From the NCBI GenBank assembly GCA_038231135.1, contig JBBRLX010000007.1, positions 74,812-138,811 on the forward strand: a stretch of 64,000 nt of DNA, in the 5' to 3' direction. The translations under genes and the position numbers were made by a program. The DNA is from Candidatus Eiseniibacteriota bacterium. Its GTDB lineage: Bacteria; Eisenbacteria; RBG-16-71-46. Positions 19,131 through 29,238 of this stretch are shown piece after piece; position 1 is the first letter of the stretch; every line of letters begins with the position of its first letter. Under the pieces are notes generated by a model. The model made no database searches. It was not told the origin of the DNA and saw only the letters and a program-made list of their open reading frames with translations.

Positions 19131-20007
19131 CGCGCGCCCCGCCGGCCGCGCGCCGAGAAATACCGGATCAGCACCGGCAGGTACGACCGATCGGTGCGGA
19201 TCTCGATCACCGGACAGCGCGCCTCGGCCAGCGCCTGCTCGGTGCGCGCGCGCCGGGCGCGCGCCTCGCGCTGATACCGGTCCCGCACGCCGCGGCTCGA
19301 GGTGTTCACCAGCCGCCGCACGCCGGTCTCGAGATCCTCGAGCTCGACCCAGCCCACCGCCGGCAGCGCCTCGTCGCGCGGATCGCGCAGCGCGACGGCG
19401 GTCAGCTCGTGCCGGCGTCCGAGCACCCGCAGGCTGCGGCCGTCGAGCGGATCCTCGAAGTCCGAGATCCAGAACACCAGGCTGCGGCGGTGCGTGGTGC
19501 GCAGCAGGAACGTCGCGGCTTCGGACAGCCGCGTGTCGCCGGGCGGCGGCGCGATGCCGAGCACGTCGCGCAGCATCCGCAGCAGGTGCGTGCGGCCGCG
19601 CCCGGGCGGCACGAAGTGCTCGACCTCGTGCCCCACCAGCACCAGTCCCACGCGGTCGTTGTTGCTGATCGCCGCGAACCCGAGGATCGCGCACAGCTCG
19701 GCCGCCAGCTCGCGCTTCTCGGCGCCGGCGGTGCCGAACCGCATCGAGCGCGACACGTCGACGACCAGCATCACCGTGAGCTCGCGCTCCTCGACGAACC
19801 GCTTGACGTACGGCTGGCCGAGGCGGGCCGTGACGTTCCAGTCGATGTCGCGCACCTCGTCGCCGGGTACGTAGGCGCGAACCTCCTCGAACTCGATGCC
19901 GCGGCCCTTGAACACACTCACCGAGCGGCCGGCGAACAGGTCCTCGACCAGGTGCCGGCTGCGGATTTCGAGCCGCCGCACCTTGCGCAGCAGTTCCGAG
20001 GTCTGCA

Positions 20008-20008
<1 letters not shown>
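19127..20008 (-). CDS. DUF58 domain protein
   Basis: FKGRGIEFEEVRAYVPGDEVRDIDWNVTAR, VDVSRSM, NNDRVGL, ISDF. Confidence 0.95.
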
Positions 20009-20997
<989 letters not shown>

Positions 20998-21236
20998 CGC
21001 GATCTCCCCTGATGAGATACGAAGCGCCACCGGACCGGCCGGAGGCGCAAGGGGGCGCAGTATAACCAGTTCGGGTGACGTGTCCCATCAACGGAACGTC
21101 AAGATCGAGACCCCGGTTCACGAACGCGGCCCCTCCCGCGTTGGATGCGGCGACGGCGGGAGCCGTGGACGGCCCCATCGCAGTCGTCAGGCGGCGCCGC
21201 CCGGGTCAGCCAGCGACCGTGGTTCCCATCCCACCG

Positions 21237-21722
21237 TCAGGCGGCACGAGCGAACCGTGGCAGCTCGGCGTCGGAGCCCGGATCCGTGGCCTCGCGGGCA
21301 CCGAGCACCTGCCATTCCGTGGCCGTGGGCGTGGCCACCGCGGCCCGAGCCCTCCCCTCGGCGTGGCGCGCCTGGATCTGCCAGGTGCCGAGCAGCGCGT
21401 GCGCGTCGACGAGCTCGAACGGCGGCGCCGGGGACTCGATCGCGTCGAGTTGCATCAACCGATGCTCGATGTCGAGACAGTATTCCGCTTCGCGGCGCGT
21501 CTCGGCGCCCGACAGCACGCGCGCCATGAGCTGGTGGGTGCGCACGCGGGCGATCGCCTCGACTTCGATCTCGCGGCGATAACGCACCAGCGCCGCCTCG
21601 AACATGGCGTCGGCCGCCGCGAACCGGCGCTCGTGGAGCGCGCGCAGTCCGGCGCGATGGAACCGCGCCCCGGCGCACAGGACGCCCGCCATGGACAGGA
21701 ACAGCCGTTCGAGGTCGAGCAC
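21237..21722 (-). CDS. Hypothetical helical protein
   Basis: AGGAG RBS 8 nt before GTG at 21722; MLDLERLFLSMAGVL...; in frame with track ORF 21237..22040. Confidence 0.6.
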   Translation of the reverse strand: MLDLERLFLSMAGVLCAGARFHRAGLRALHERRFAAADAMFEAALVRYRREIEVEAIARVRTHQLMARVLSGAETRREAEYCLDIEHRLMQLDAIESPAPPFELVDAHALLGTWQIQARHAEGRARAAVATPTATEWQVLGAREATDPGSDAELPRFARAA

Positions 21723-21815
21723 GGGGGGTGCTCCTGGGGGTCGGGCCATGCGGCCGGGCGGGTGGCGGCGTGGGTGCCGACCGGTCCGGGCCGCGAGAGG
21801 GTGCGCCATGCACAG

Positions 21816-21831
21816 TGCACATCCGGGGCCA
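21816..21831 (-). promoter_or_regulatory. Candidate sigma54 (-24/-12) promoter
   Basis: TGGCCCCGGATGTGCA, GG-N10-GC spacing, intergenic and oriented toward the hypothetical gene. Confidence 0.5.
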
Positions 21832-22014
21832 CACAGGTCCGGTCCATGACAAGTCCGCAAACCATTGCCCCGCTGCCCCTCGGCGCGGGTCATCCGACCC
21901 ACGGAAACCCAACTCCCAGAACCACCGTGCGCAATCCAACGCGCCTCCCCGTGGAATGCACGAGGGTCTGAACCCGTGCCAACCCCCGGAGGTAGGTGCC
22001 ATTCGTCCGGCAGT

Positions 22015-22063
22015 GACGAGCGACGCGGCCAACGCAGCAATCGACGATTTTCAGCGGTCTGCG
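22015..22063. repeat. Partial copy of the MITE-like element at 33409-33528
   Basis: 42/49 nt identical to 33483-33531; overlaps the glyA stop codon. Confidence 0.8.
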
Positions 22064-23292
22064 AACAATGGATAACCGCTGGCGAGTTCCAGCACCTCCT
22101 GATCGACCCCTTTCGCCAGCTCGAGGTCGTCCGGACGGTCGAGGATGCGCGCGATCCAGTCCGCGATCTTCCGCATCTCGTCGATGCCGAACCCGCGCGT
22201 GGTGAGCGCCGGCGTGCCGATGCGGATGCCGCTCGTCACCCACGGCTTCTGGGGATCGTTCGGCACGGCGTTCTTGTTCACGGTGATGCGCGAGCGGTGC
22301 AGCGCCTCCTCGGCGACCTTGCCGGTGATGCCGCGGCGCCTGAGATCGACCAGCATCAGGTGATTGTCGGTGCCGTCCGACACCAGGTCGAAGCCGCGCT
22401 CCATCAGGAAGCCGGCCAGCGCCCGGGCATTGTCGACGACGCGCTGCTGGTAGCCCTTGAACCCGTCGCCGAGCGCCTCGCCGAAACACACCGCCTTCGC
22501 GGCGATGATGTGCATCAGCGGCCCCCCCTGCAGTCCGGGGAACACCGCCTTGTCCAGCTTCTCCGCCCACTCGGCGCGCGCCATCACCACGCCCCCGCGC
22601 GGACCGCGCAGCGTCTTGTGCGTGGTGGTGGTGACGAGGTCCGCGTGCGGCACCGGGCTCGGGTGGAGTCCCGCGGCGACGAGTCCGGCGATATGCGCCA
22701 TGTCGACCACCAGCACGGCTCCCACCTCCCGGGCGATCGCCCCGAACCGCTCGAAGTCGATCACCCGCGGATACGCGCTGGCGCCGGCGACGATCAGCCG
22801 CGGCCGGTGCTCGCGCGCGAGCCGCTCGACCGCGTCGTAGTCGATGCGGCCGTCCTCGGGCCGCACGCCGTACTGCACCGGCTTCCACAGCTTGCCGGTC
22901 ACCGACACCGGATGGCCGTGCGTGAGATGCCCGCCGTGGGCGAGGCTCATCCCGAGCAGCGTCTGGCCCGGCTCCGACGCCGCCAGGTACGCGGCCAGGT
23001 TCGCCGACGCGCCCGAGTGCGGCTGCACGTTCGCATGATCGCAGCCGAACAACTGCTTCAGCCGCTCGATCGCGAGCTCCTCGGCGACATCGACGAACTC
23101 GCAGCCGCCGTAGTAGCGCTTGTGCGGCAGGCCTTCGGCATACTTGTTCGTGAGCACCGAGCCCTGCGCCTCCAGCACCGCGTCGCTCACGAAATTCTCC
23201 GACGCGATCAGCTCGAGCGTGGTCCGCTGCCGCTGCTGCTCGGCGGCGATCGCGGCGTAGATCGCCGGGTCCTGCGTGGCGAGTGCGGACAT
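22051..23292 (-). CDS. glyA: Serine hydroxymethyltransferase
   Basis: [63 protein letters not shown]. Confidence 0.98.
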   Translation of the reverse strand: MSALATQDPAIYAAIAAEQQRQRTTLELIASENFVSDAVLEAQGSVLTNKYAEGLPHKRYYGGCEFVDVAEELAIERLKQLFGCDHANVQPHSGASANLAAYLAASEPGQTLLGMSLAHGGHLTHGHPVSVTGKLWKPVQYGVRPEDGRIDYDAVERLAREHRPRLIVAGASAYPRVIDFERFGAIAREVGAVLVVDMAHIAGLVAAGLHPSPVPHADLVTTTTHKTLRGPRGGVVMARAEWAEKLDKAVFPGLQGGPLMHIIAAKAVCFGEALGDGFKGYQQRVVDNARALAGFLMERGFDLVSDGTDNHLMLVDLRRRGITGKVAEEALHRSRITVNKNAVPNDPQKPWVTSGIRIGTPALTTRGFGIDEMRKIADWIARILDRPDDLELAKGVDQEVLELASGYPLFADR

Positions 23293-23305
23293 GGTCTCCT
23301 TCACG

Positions 23306-23767
23306 TCATGGCCGGGCGTCATGCGCGGCCTCGTAGTCGTGGATCTTGCGCAGGCGCGCCACGTGCCGGCCGCCCTCGAACGGGGTGTCGAGCCAGATGC
23401 GCAGCCAGCGCGCACACGCCTCGTGATCGGGATTCGTGCGGCCGCCGAGCGCCAGCACGTTGGAGTCGTTGTGCAGCCGGGTGAGACGCGCGGTGTCGTC
23501 GCTCGTCACCACCGACGCGCGGATGCCCGCCACCTTGTTCGCCACGATGCTCTCGCCGATACCGCTGCCGCCGAGCACGATGCCGCGGTCGGCATCGCCG
23601 CGGCTCACCATCTCGGCGACCGGAAAGCAGAAATCGGGATAGTCGACGGGCGGCGCCGCGGCCATCGTGCCGAAGTCCGTCACCTCGTGGCCGAGCCGCT
23701 CGAGTTCGAGTTTGAGCCGCTCCTTGAGCGCGAACCCGGCGTGGTCGCCGCCGATCGCCACCTTCAT
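23306..23767 (-). CDS. rpiB: Ribose-5-phosphate isomerase B
   Basis: [44 protein letters not shown]. Confidence 0.95.
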   Translation of the reverse strand: MKVAIGGDHAGFALKERLKLELERLGHEVTDFGTMAAAPPVDYPDFCFPVAEMVSRGDADRGIVLGGSGIGESIVANKVAGIRASVVTSDDTARLTRLHNDSNVLALGGRTNPDHEACARWLRIWLDTPFEGGRHVARLRKIHDYEAAHDARP

Positions 23768-23774
23768 GCGCGGG

Positions 23775-24740
23775 TCAGGCGCCGCGCGGCGCGGCCGCGA
23801 CGGGCGTGCCGGACTTCTGCGGCACCCGGGCGAGCCAGCCGTGACGATCCGCGATGTCGCCGCGCACGATGCCGAAGAATGCCTCCTGCAGCACCTTCGT
23901 CACCGGCCCGCGCTTGCCGTCGCCGACGGTCAGCCGGTCGACGGACGTGATCGGCGACACCTCGACCGCGGTCCCGGCGTAGAACAGCTCCTCGGCGGCG
24001 TACAGCAGTTCACGCGGCATCGGTTCCTCGCGCACCGTGTAGCCGAGCTCGCGGGCGATGCGGATCACCGAGTCGCGGGTGATGCCGGCGAGGATGCTGT
24101 TGTGCAGCGGGGGCGTCATCAGCTCGCCCTTCACCACCGCGAACACGTTCTGGCCGCTGCCCTCGCTCACGTAGCCCGTGACGTCGAGCGCGATCGCCTC
24201 CTCGTAGCCGTCGAGCTTCGCCTCCATCTTCATGAGCTGGGAGTTCATGTAGTTGGCCGACGACTTGGCCATCGCGGGCAGCGTGTTCGGCGCCATGCGC
24301 TGCCACGTGCTGACCTTGACCGCCACGCCGTTCGTGAGCGCGTCGTCGCCCAGGTACTTGCCCCACGGGAACGCCGCCACTGCGACCTCGACCGGACTGC
24401 CGAACGGATTCACGCCGAGGTTCTCGTAGCCGCGATAGATCAGCGGCCGGATGTAGCACTCGCTGAGCCCGTTCACCGCCACCACCTCGAGGCACGCGTC
24501 GCGGATCTGTTCGCGCGTGAACTTCGCCTCCATGCGGTAGATGCGGGCCGACAGCATCAGCCGGTCCATGTGCTCCTCGAGCCGGAAGATCGCGGGGCCG
24601 CCCCTGGTGTTGTAGCAGCGGATGCCCTCGAACACGCTCGACGCGTAGTGCACCACGTGCGACAGGATGTGGATCTTGGCGTCGTCCCACGCCACCCACG
24701 TCCCGTTCATCCAGATCTTGCCGGCCTTCTGCAATGCCAT
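23775..24740 (-). CDS. ilvE: Branched-chain amino acid aminotransferase
   Basis: HYASSVFEGIR, YIRPL, AKSSANY, SEGSGQN, ILAGITR, GTAVEV. Confidence 0.96.
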   Translation of the reverse strand: MALQKAGKIWMNGTWVAWDDAKIHILSHVVHYASSVFEGIRCYNTRGGPAIFRLEEHMDRLMLSARIYRMEAKFTREQIRDACLEVVAVNGLSECYIRPLIYRGYENLGVNPFGSPVEVAVAAFPWGKYLGDDALTNGVAVKVSTWQRMAPNTLPAMAKSSANYMNSQLMKMEAKLDGYEEAIALDVTGYVSEGSGQNVFAVVKGELMTPPLHNSILAGITRDSVIRIARELGYTVREEPMPRELLYAAEELFYAGTAVEVSPITSVDRLTVGDGKRGPVTKVLQEAFFGIVRGDIADRHGWLARVPQKSGTPVAAAPRGA

Positions 24741-24766
24741 GGTTCACCTCGCCTGTGGTGGGTGGA

Positions 24767-25249
24767 TCACATCGACTGGCTGCGCAGCGCCTCGACGAGG
24801 TGCGGCGCGACGCGCCGTACGTGGTGGCGGATCCGTCGCCAGGCTTCCTCGTACGCTTCCTGCGATCCACCGAACGGGTCCGACACTTGGAGCTCCGGTG
24901 CGCCGGGCGCGGGCCACTCGCTCAGCAGGTGGCTCCGCCCGGGCGCGGCACCCAGTGCGCGCACGGCCGTAAGATGCGCCGGCTCCATCACCAGCACCAC
25001 GTCCGCCGCCCGCACCAGCTCGGGCGTGAGCTGCCGCGAACGATGCTCACTAAGATCGATGCCGTGCGCGGCCGCGACCGCCACCGACGGCGGCGAGGCC
25101 GGGTCGCCGGTGCGCGCGCCGGTGCCGGCCGAACGCACCTCGAACCGGGACACGTCCGGACCCAAAGCGTCGAGCAGCGCCGCCACCGCCAGCGGGCTCC
25201 GGCAGGTGTTTCCGGTGCAGACGAACAGGACACGCCATTTCGGTTCCAT
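24767..25249 (-). CDS. Low-molecular-weight phosphatase, YwlE-like protein-arginine phosphatase
   Basis: VLFVCTGNTCRSP, SAGT, DPFGG. Confidence 0.88.
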   Translation of the reverse strand: MEPKWRVLFVCTGNTCRSPLAVAALLDALGPDVSRFEVRSAGTGARTGDPASPPSVAVAAAHGIDLSEHRSRQLTPELVRAADVVLVMEPAHLTAVRALGAAPGRSHLLSEWPAPGAPELQVSDPFGGSQEAYEEAWRRIRHHVRRVAPHLVEALRSQSM

Positions 25250-25281
25250 GGAATCAGGATAGGGAGCGCCGCCGAAACCCG

Positions 25282-25941
25282 TCAACCGGTGCGCTCCGCC
25301 GTCAGATCCTCGTAGTCGCCGAGCTCGGCGGTGACGTCGACCGCGCCGCGGCGCAGCAGCCGCGGGCGCGCGTCGCTGACGTCGACCAGTGTCGACGCCA
25401 GTCCGCCCGGGCGGGGCCCGCCGTCGAGCACCAGATCGATCTGGTTGCCGAAGATGCGCACCACGTCCTCCGCCGTCTCCGCCGGCGGCTGGCCCGACAG
25501 GTTGGCACTGCTCGACACCACGGGCCCTCCGATCACTCCGAGCAGCCGCTGGCACAGGTCGTCCGCCGGGCAGCGCAACGCCACCGTGCCCCCGGCGCCA
25601 CGAACCTTGATCGGCACGATCGGCGCCGCCCGAAGGATCAGCGACAGCGGTCCCGGCCAGAACCGCGACACGAGCCGTGACGCCACCGCGTTCACCTCGC
25701 TCGCCAGGCCGTGCACCTGCCGCGGCTCGGGAATCAGCGAGATCACGGCGAGCGACGGATCGCGGCGCTTGATGCGCGCGACCATCAGGACCGCCTCGAC
25801 GTCGAACAGCGAACACCCGAGCCCGTACAGCGTGTCCGTCGGGAACGCGATCACGCCGCCCCGCAGCACCACCTCCGCCGCGGCGCGCAGCACGCGACCA
25901 TCGGGTTGATCGGCATTCCAGCGCAGCAGCTCCACCGTCAT
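25282..25941 (-). CDS. tsaC: L-threonylcarbamoyladenylate synthase (YrdC/TsaC, no Sua5 C-domain)
   Basis: FPTDTLYGL, IKRR, FWPGPL, SSANLSG, STLVD, LRRG; GGAGGAG RBS. Confidence 0.92.
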   Translation of the reverse strand: MTVELLRWNADQPDGRVLRAAAEVVLRGGVIAFPTDTLYGLGCSLFDVEAVLMVARIKRRDPSLAVISLIPEPRQVHGLASEVNAVASRLVSRFWPGPLSLILRAAPIVPIKVRGAGGTVALRCPADDLCQRLLGVIGGPVVSSSANLSGQPPAETAEDVVRIFGNQIDLVLDGGPRPGGLASTLVDVSDARPRLLRRGAVDVTAELGDYEDLTAERTG

Positions 25942-26417
25942 CTCCTCCCGGCGAGCCGCGCGCGATGGCGCTCGAGCCGGTTCGCCAGCGCCGCGTCCGA
26001 CAGCGCCAGCACGCGCAGCGCGAGATGCGCGGCGTTGCGCGCGCCCCACGCGCCGATTCCCAGCGTGCCCACCGGCACTCCCGGTGGCATCTGGACGGTC
26101 GCCAGCAGCGCATCCATGCCGAGCAGCGGCGAGCTCGCGAGCGGCACGCCGAACACCGGCAGCGCGCTGTGGGCCGCCATGGCGCCGGCCAGATGCGCCG
26201 CGCCACCCGCGCCGGCGATGATCACGCGCAGCCCGCGCCGCTGCGCGCCGCGCGCCCAGCGCGCCGCCGCGTCGGGCGCGCGATGCGCGGAGCGCACCGC
26301 GATCTCGCTCGCCACACCGAATTCCGTCAGCACCTTCGCCGCCTCCTCCATCACCGCGCGGTCGGACTCGCTGCCCATCACGATCCCCACCCGCGCACCC
26401 GATTTCGCCGTCGCCAT
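25938..26417 (-). CDS. purE: N5-carboxyaminoimidazole ribonucleotide mutase
   Basis: VMGSESD, SAHRAP, IAGAGGAAHLAG, VQMPPGVPV. Confidence 0.96.
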   Translation of the reverse strand: MATAKSGARVGIVMGSESDRAVMEEAAKVLTEFGVASEIAVRSAHRAPDAAARWARGAQRRGLRVIIAGAGGAAHLAGAMAAHSALPVFGVPLASSPLLGMDALLATVQMPPGVPVGTLGIGAWGARNAAHLALRVLALSDAALANRLERHRARLAGRR

Positions 26418-26431
26418 CGACACTCCCCGGT

Positions 26432-27781
26432 TCAGCTCCGCGCCACATCCGTGGCGAGCGCTCCCGGCGGGGGCCCGCCGACCGCCGCGGCACGGCCGAT
26501 GTCGCCGCGACAGCGCCACCCACGACCACCGAGCCGCGCCACCGCGCCATACGCCCGCTCGCGCGCCTCCGCCACCGAGTCGCCCACCGCGGTCACGAAC
26601 GCCGCCCGGCCGCCCCGCAACAACCAGCGGTCCGCGGGCACCCCCGGCAACGCCGCAGCTCCGCGAACGATGCCGGCGCCCTGCACCGAGATTCCCCCCT
26701 GTTCATTGGACGCCGCTTCGAGCCGATCGATCCAGCTGCGGGACGCCGCGGCGCCGGGATGGGCTTCGGCAACGAGCGCAACCGACACCGCCGCACCCGG
26801 GCGGCGTCCGGCGCCCTCGAGGTCGAGCTCGCCCCGGGCGGCACCGGCCAGCAGCTCGGCGAAGTTGCCGGCGACGAGCGGCAGGATCGCCTGGGTCTCC
26901 GGATCGCCGAACCGCGCATTGAACTCCACGACCCTGACGCCGGCCCTGCCGATCATCAGTCCGCAATAGAGTGTCCCACGATACGGGGTGCCGCGCGCGG
27001 CCATCTCGCGCAACAGCGGGGCCACGATGCGTTGCGAGACCTCGCGCTCGATGCCGGCGTCCACGGCGGACGCCGGCGCCACGGCTCCCATCCCGCCCGT
27101 GTTGGGACCGCGGTCGCCGTCGAACGCGCGCTTGTAGTCCCGCGCCGCCGGCAGCAGCACATGGCGTTCGCCGTCGCACACCGCCATCACCGAGGCCTCC
27201 TCGCCGTCGAGGAACTGCTCGATCACGACGCGGTTGCCGCCGTCGCCGGCAGGACCGCCCAGGCAGTCGGCGGCGAACGCGCGGGCCGCCGCGCCGTCGG
27301 CGGTGACCACCACGCCCTTGCCGCCCGCGAGACCATCGGCCTTCACCACATAAGGGGGCCCGAACCGGTCCAGCGCCCGCTCCGCCCGGGCGGTGGTATC
27401 GCAGACCTCGGCATCCGCGGTCGCGATGCCGGCCGCCCGCATCACGTCCTTGGCGAACGCCTTGCTGGATTCGAGCCGCGCGGCGGCGCGGACGGGGCCG
27501 TACACCGTCTGGCCGAGCGCCCGCAGCGTGTCCACCAGCCCGGCGGCAAGCGGCGCCTCGGGTCCCACGACGACCAGATCGGCGCGCTGCCGGGCGGCGA
27601 GCGCCGCCCAGCCGGCGGGTCCGGCCCCATCCTGCGCGTCGGGCTTGGGAATCCAGTGCTCCCGCGCCATGAACTCGTTGCCCGGCGCCACCGCCACGCG
27701 CCAGCCGGGATCGAGCGCGAGCCGCGACGCCAGCGCGTGCTCCCGCCCGCCCGTGCCCAGCACCAGCACGAGCGGCGTCAC
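26432..27781 (-). CDS. purD: Phosphoribosylamine--glycine ligase
   Basis: GTGGREHAL, APGN, VGPEAPL, LESSK, KADGLAGGKGV, GPNTGGMG, EFNARFGDPETQ. Confidence 0.95.
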   Translation of the reverse strand: MTPLVLVLGTGGREHALASRLALDPGWRVAVAPGNEFMAREHWIPKPDAQDGAGPAGWAALAARQRADLVVVGPEAPLAAGLVDTLRALGQTVYGPVRAAARLESSKAFAKDVMRAAGIATADAEVCDTTARAERALDRFGPPYVVKADGLAGGKGVVVTADGAAARAFAADCLGGPAGDGGNRVVIEQFLDGEEASVMAVCDGERHVLLPAARDYKRAFDGDRGPNTGGMGAVAPASAVDAGIEREVSQRIVAPLLREMAARGTPYRGTLYCGLMIGRAGVRVVEFNARFGDPETQAILPLVAGNFAELLAGAARGELDLEGAGRRPGAAVSVALVAEAHPGAAASRSWIDRLEAASNEQGGISVQGAGIVRGAAALPGVPADRWLLRGGRAAFVTAVGDSVAEARERAYGAVARLGGRGWRCRGDIGRAAAVGGPPPGALATDVARS

Positions 27782-29238
27782 CGGCGCTCCCCCGCGGCGA
27801 GCAGCTCGAGCGCCGCGCGCAACAGTTCCTGCACCGTCTGCGGCACCGCCTGCCCTCCGCTCTTCTTCATCACCTGCCCGACGAGGAACCCGAGCGTCGC
27901 GGTCTTGCCGGCGAGGTACTGCTGCACCGGACCCGGATGCTCGGCGATCACCTCGCGCACCAGCGGCTCGAGCGCTCCCGCCGACGACTGCACCTGGACG
28001 CCATGGCGACGGAGCAGCTCCGGCACGTCGCCGTCCTCGTCCGCCATCCACGCGAACGCCTGCTTCGCGAGCGGCCCCGGCAGCTCGCGCGACGCGATCC
28101 GGTCGAGGAACCCGGCGAGCCGCGCCGGCGGCACCCGGGCGACCCAGGTTTCGAGCGGCCACGCGCGCTCCTTCAGCACGCGCAGCACCTCGGTCATGAT
28201 CCAGTTGCTCGCGAGCTTGGGTTCGCGCACCGCGCTCGCCTCGAAATAGTCGGCCAGCTCGCGGTGTTCGCGCAGCACGCCCGCATCGTACGCCGGCAGT
28301 CCGTACTGCTCGATCAGCCGCCGCTCGCGCACCCACGGCAGCTCCGGCAGCCGCGCCCCTGCCTCCGCGATCCACGCGGGGTCCACGACCAGCACCGGCA
28401 GGTCGGGCTCGGGAAAATAGCGGTAGTCGTGGGCGTGTTCCTTCGACCGCATCACCTGGAGTCGATCCTGGTCGGCGTCGTAGAGCAGCGTCGCCTGTTC
28501 GACGCGCTCGCCGCGCTCGAGCACGCCGCGCTGACGCTCGATCTCGGCCGCGATGCCCTTCTCGACGCCTTTGATCGAGTTCAGGTTCTTGAGTTCCGTC
28601 TTGGTGCCGAACGGGGTCGTGCCCGCGAGCCGCAGGCTGACGTTCGCATCGCAGCGCAGCTGGCCCTTCTCCATGTCGCCATCCGAGATGCCGAGCCAGC
28701 GCACCAGCCGCCGCAGCTCGCCGAGGAACGCTCCGCACTCGGCGGGCCCCCTGAACACGGGCTGGGTCACGAGCTCGAGCAGCGGCACGCCGGCGCGATT
28801 GAAATCGACCCGCGACACCCGCCGATCACCGTGACGCTCGGGATGGAACGACTTGCCGGTGTCCTCCTCGATGTGAATGCGCGTGAGCGCGAACGCCCGG
28901 GCCTCGCCGTCCACCACCACCGGCAGCGCGCCCCCCTCGCACAGCGGCAGGTCGTACTGGCTGATCTGATAGTTCTTCGGCATGTCGGGATAGAAGTAGT
29001 TCTTGCGCGCGAACACGCTGTGCCCGCGAATCTCGGAGCCCAGCGCCAGCCCCAGCCGCAGCACGCCGTCGATCGCCGCCCGATTCGCCCGCGGCAGCGC
29101 GCCCGGCAGTCCCAGGCACACGGGACAGGTGTTCGCATTCGGCTCCGCCCCGAACTCGGCCGGGCACCCGCAGAACATCTTCGTCACCGTCCGCAGCTGG
29201 ATGTGGCACTCGAGGCCGATTACCGCTTCGTAGGCCAT
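27778..29238 (-). CDS. gatB: Asp/Glu-tRNA amidotransferase subunit B
   Basis: IGLECHIQL..TKMF, RKNYFYPD, HIEEDTGKS, DFNRAGVPL, RCDANVS, DYRYFPEPDL. Confidence 0.97.
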   Translation of the reverse strand: MAYEAVIGLECHIQLRTVTKMFCGCPAEFGAEPNANTCPVCLGLPGALPRANRAAIDGVLRLGLALGSEIRGHSVFARKNYFYPDMPKNYQISQYDLPLCEGGALPVVVDGEARAFALTRIHIEEDTGKSFHPERHGDRRVSRVDFNRAGVPLLELVTQPVFRGPAECGAFLGELRRLVRWLGISDGDMEKGQLRCDANVSLRLAGTTPFGTKTELKNLNSIKGVEKGIAAEIERQRGVLERGERVEQATLLYDADQDRLQVMRSKEHAHDYRYFPEPDLPVLVVDPAWIAEAGARLPELPWVRERRLIEQYGLPAYDAGVLREHRELADYFEASAVREPKLASNWIMTEVLRVLKERAWPLETWVARVPPARLAGFLDRIASRELPGPLAKQAFAWMADEDGDVPELLRRHGVQVQSSAGALEPLVREVIAEHPGPVQQYLAGKTATLGFLVGQVMKKSGGQAVPQTVQELLRAALELLAAGERR

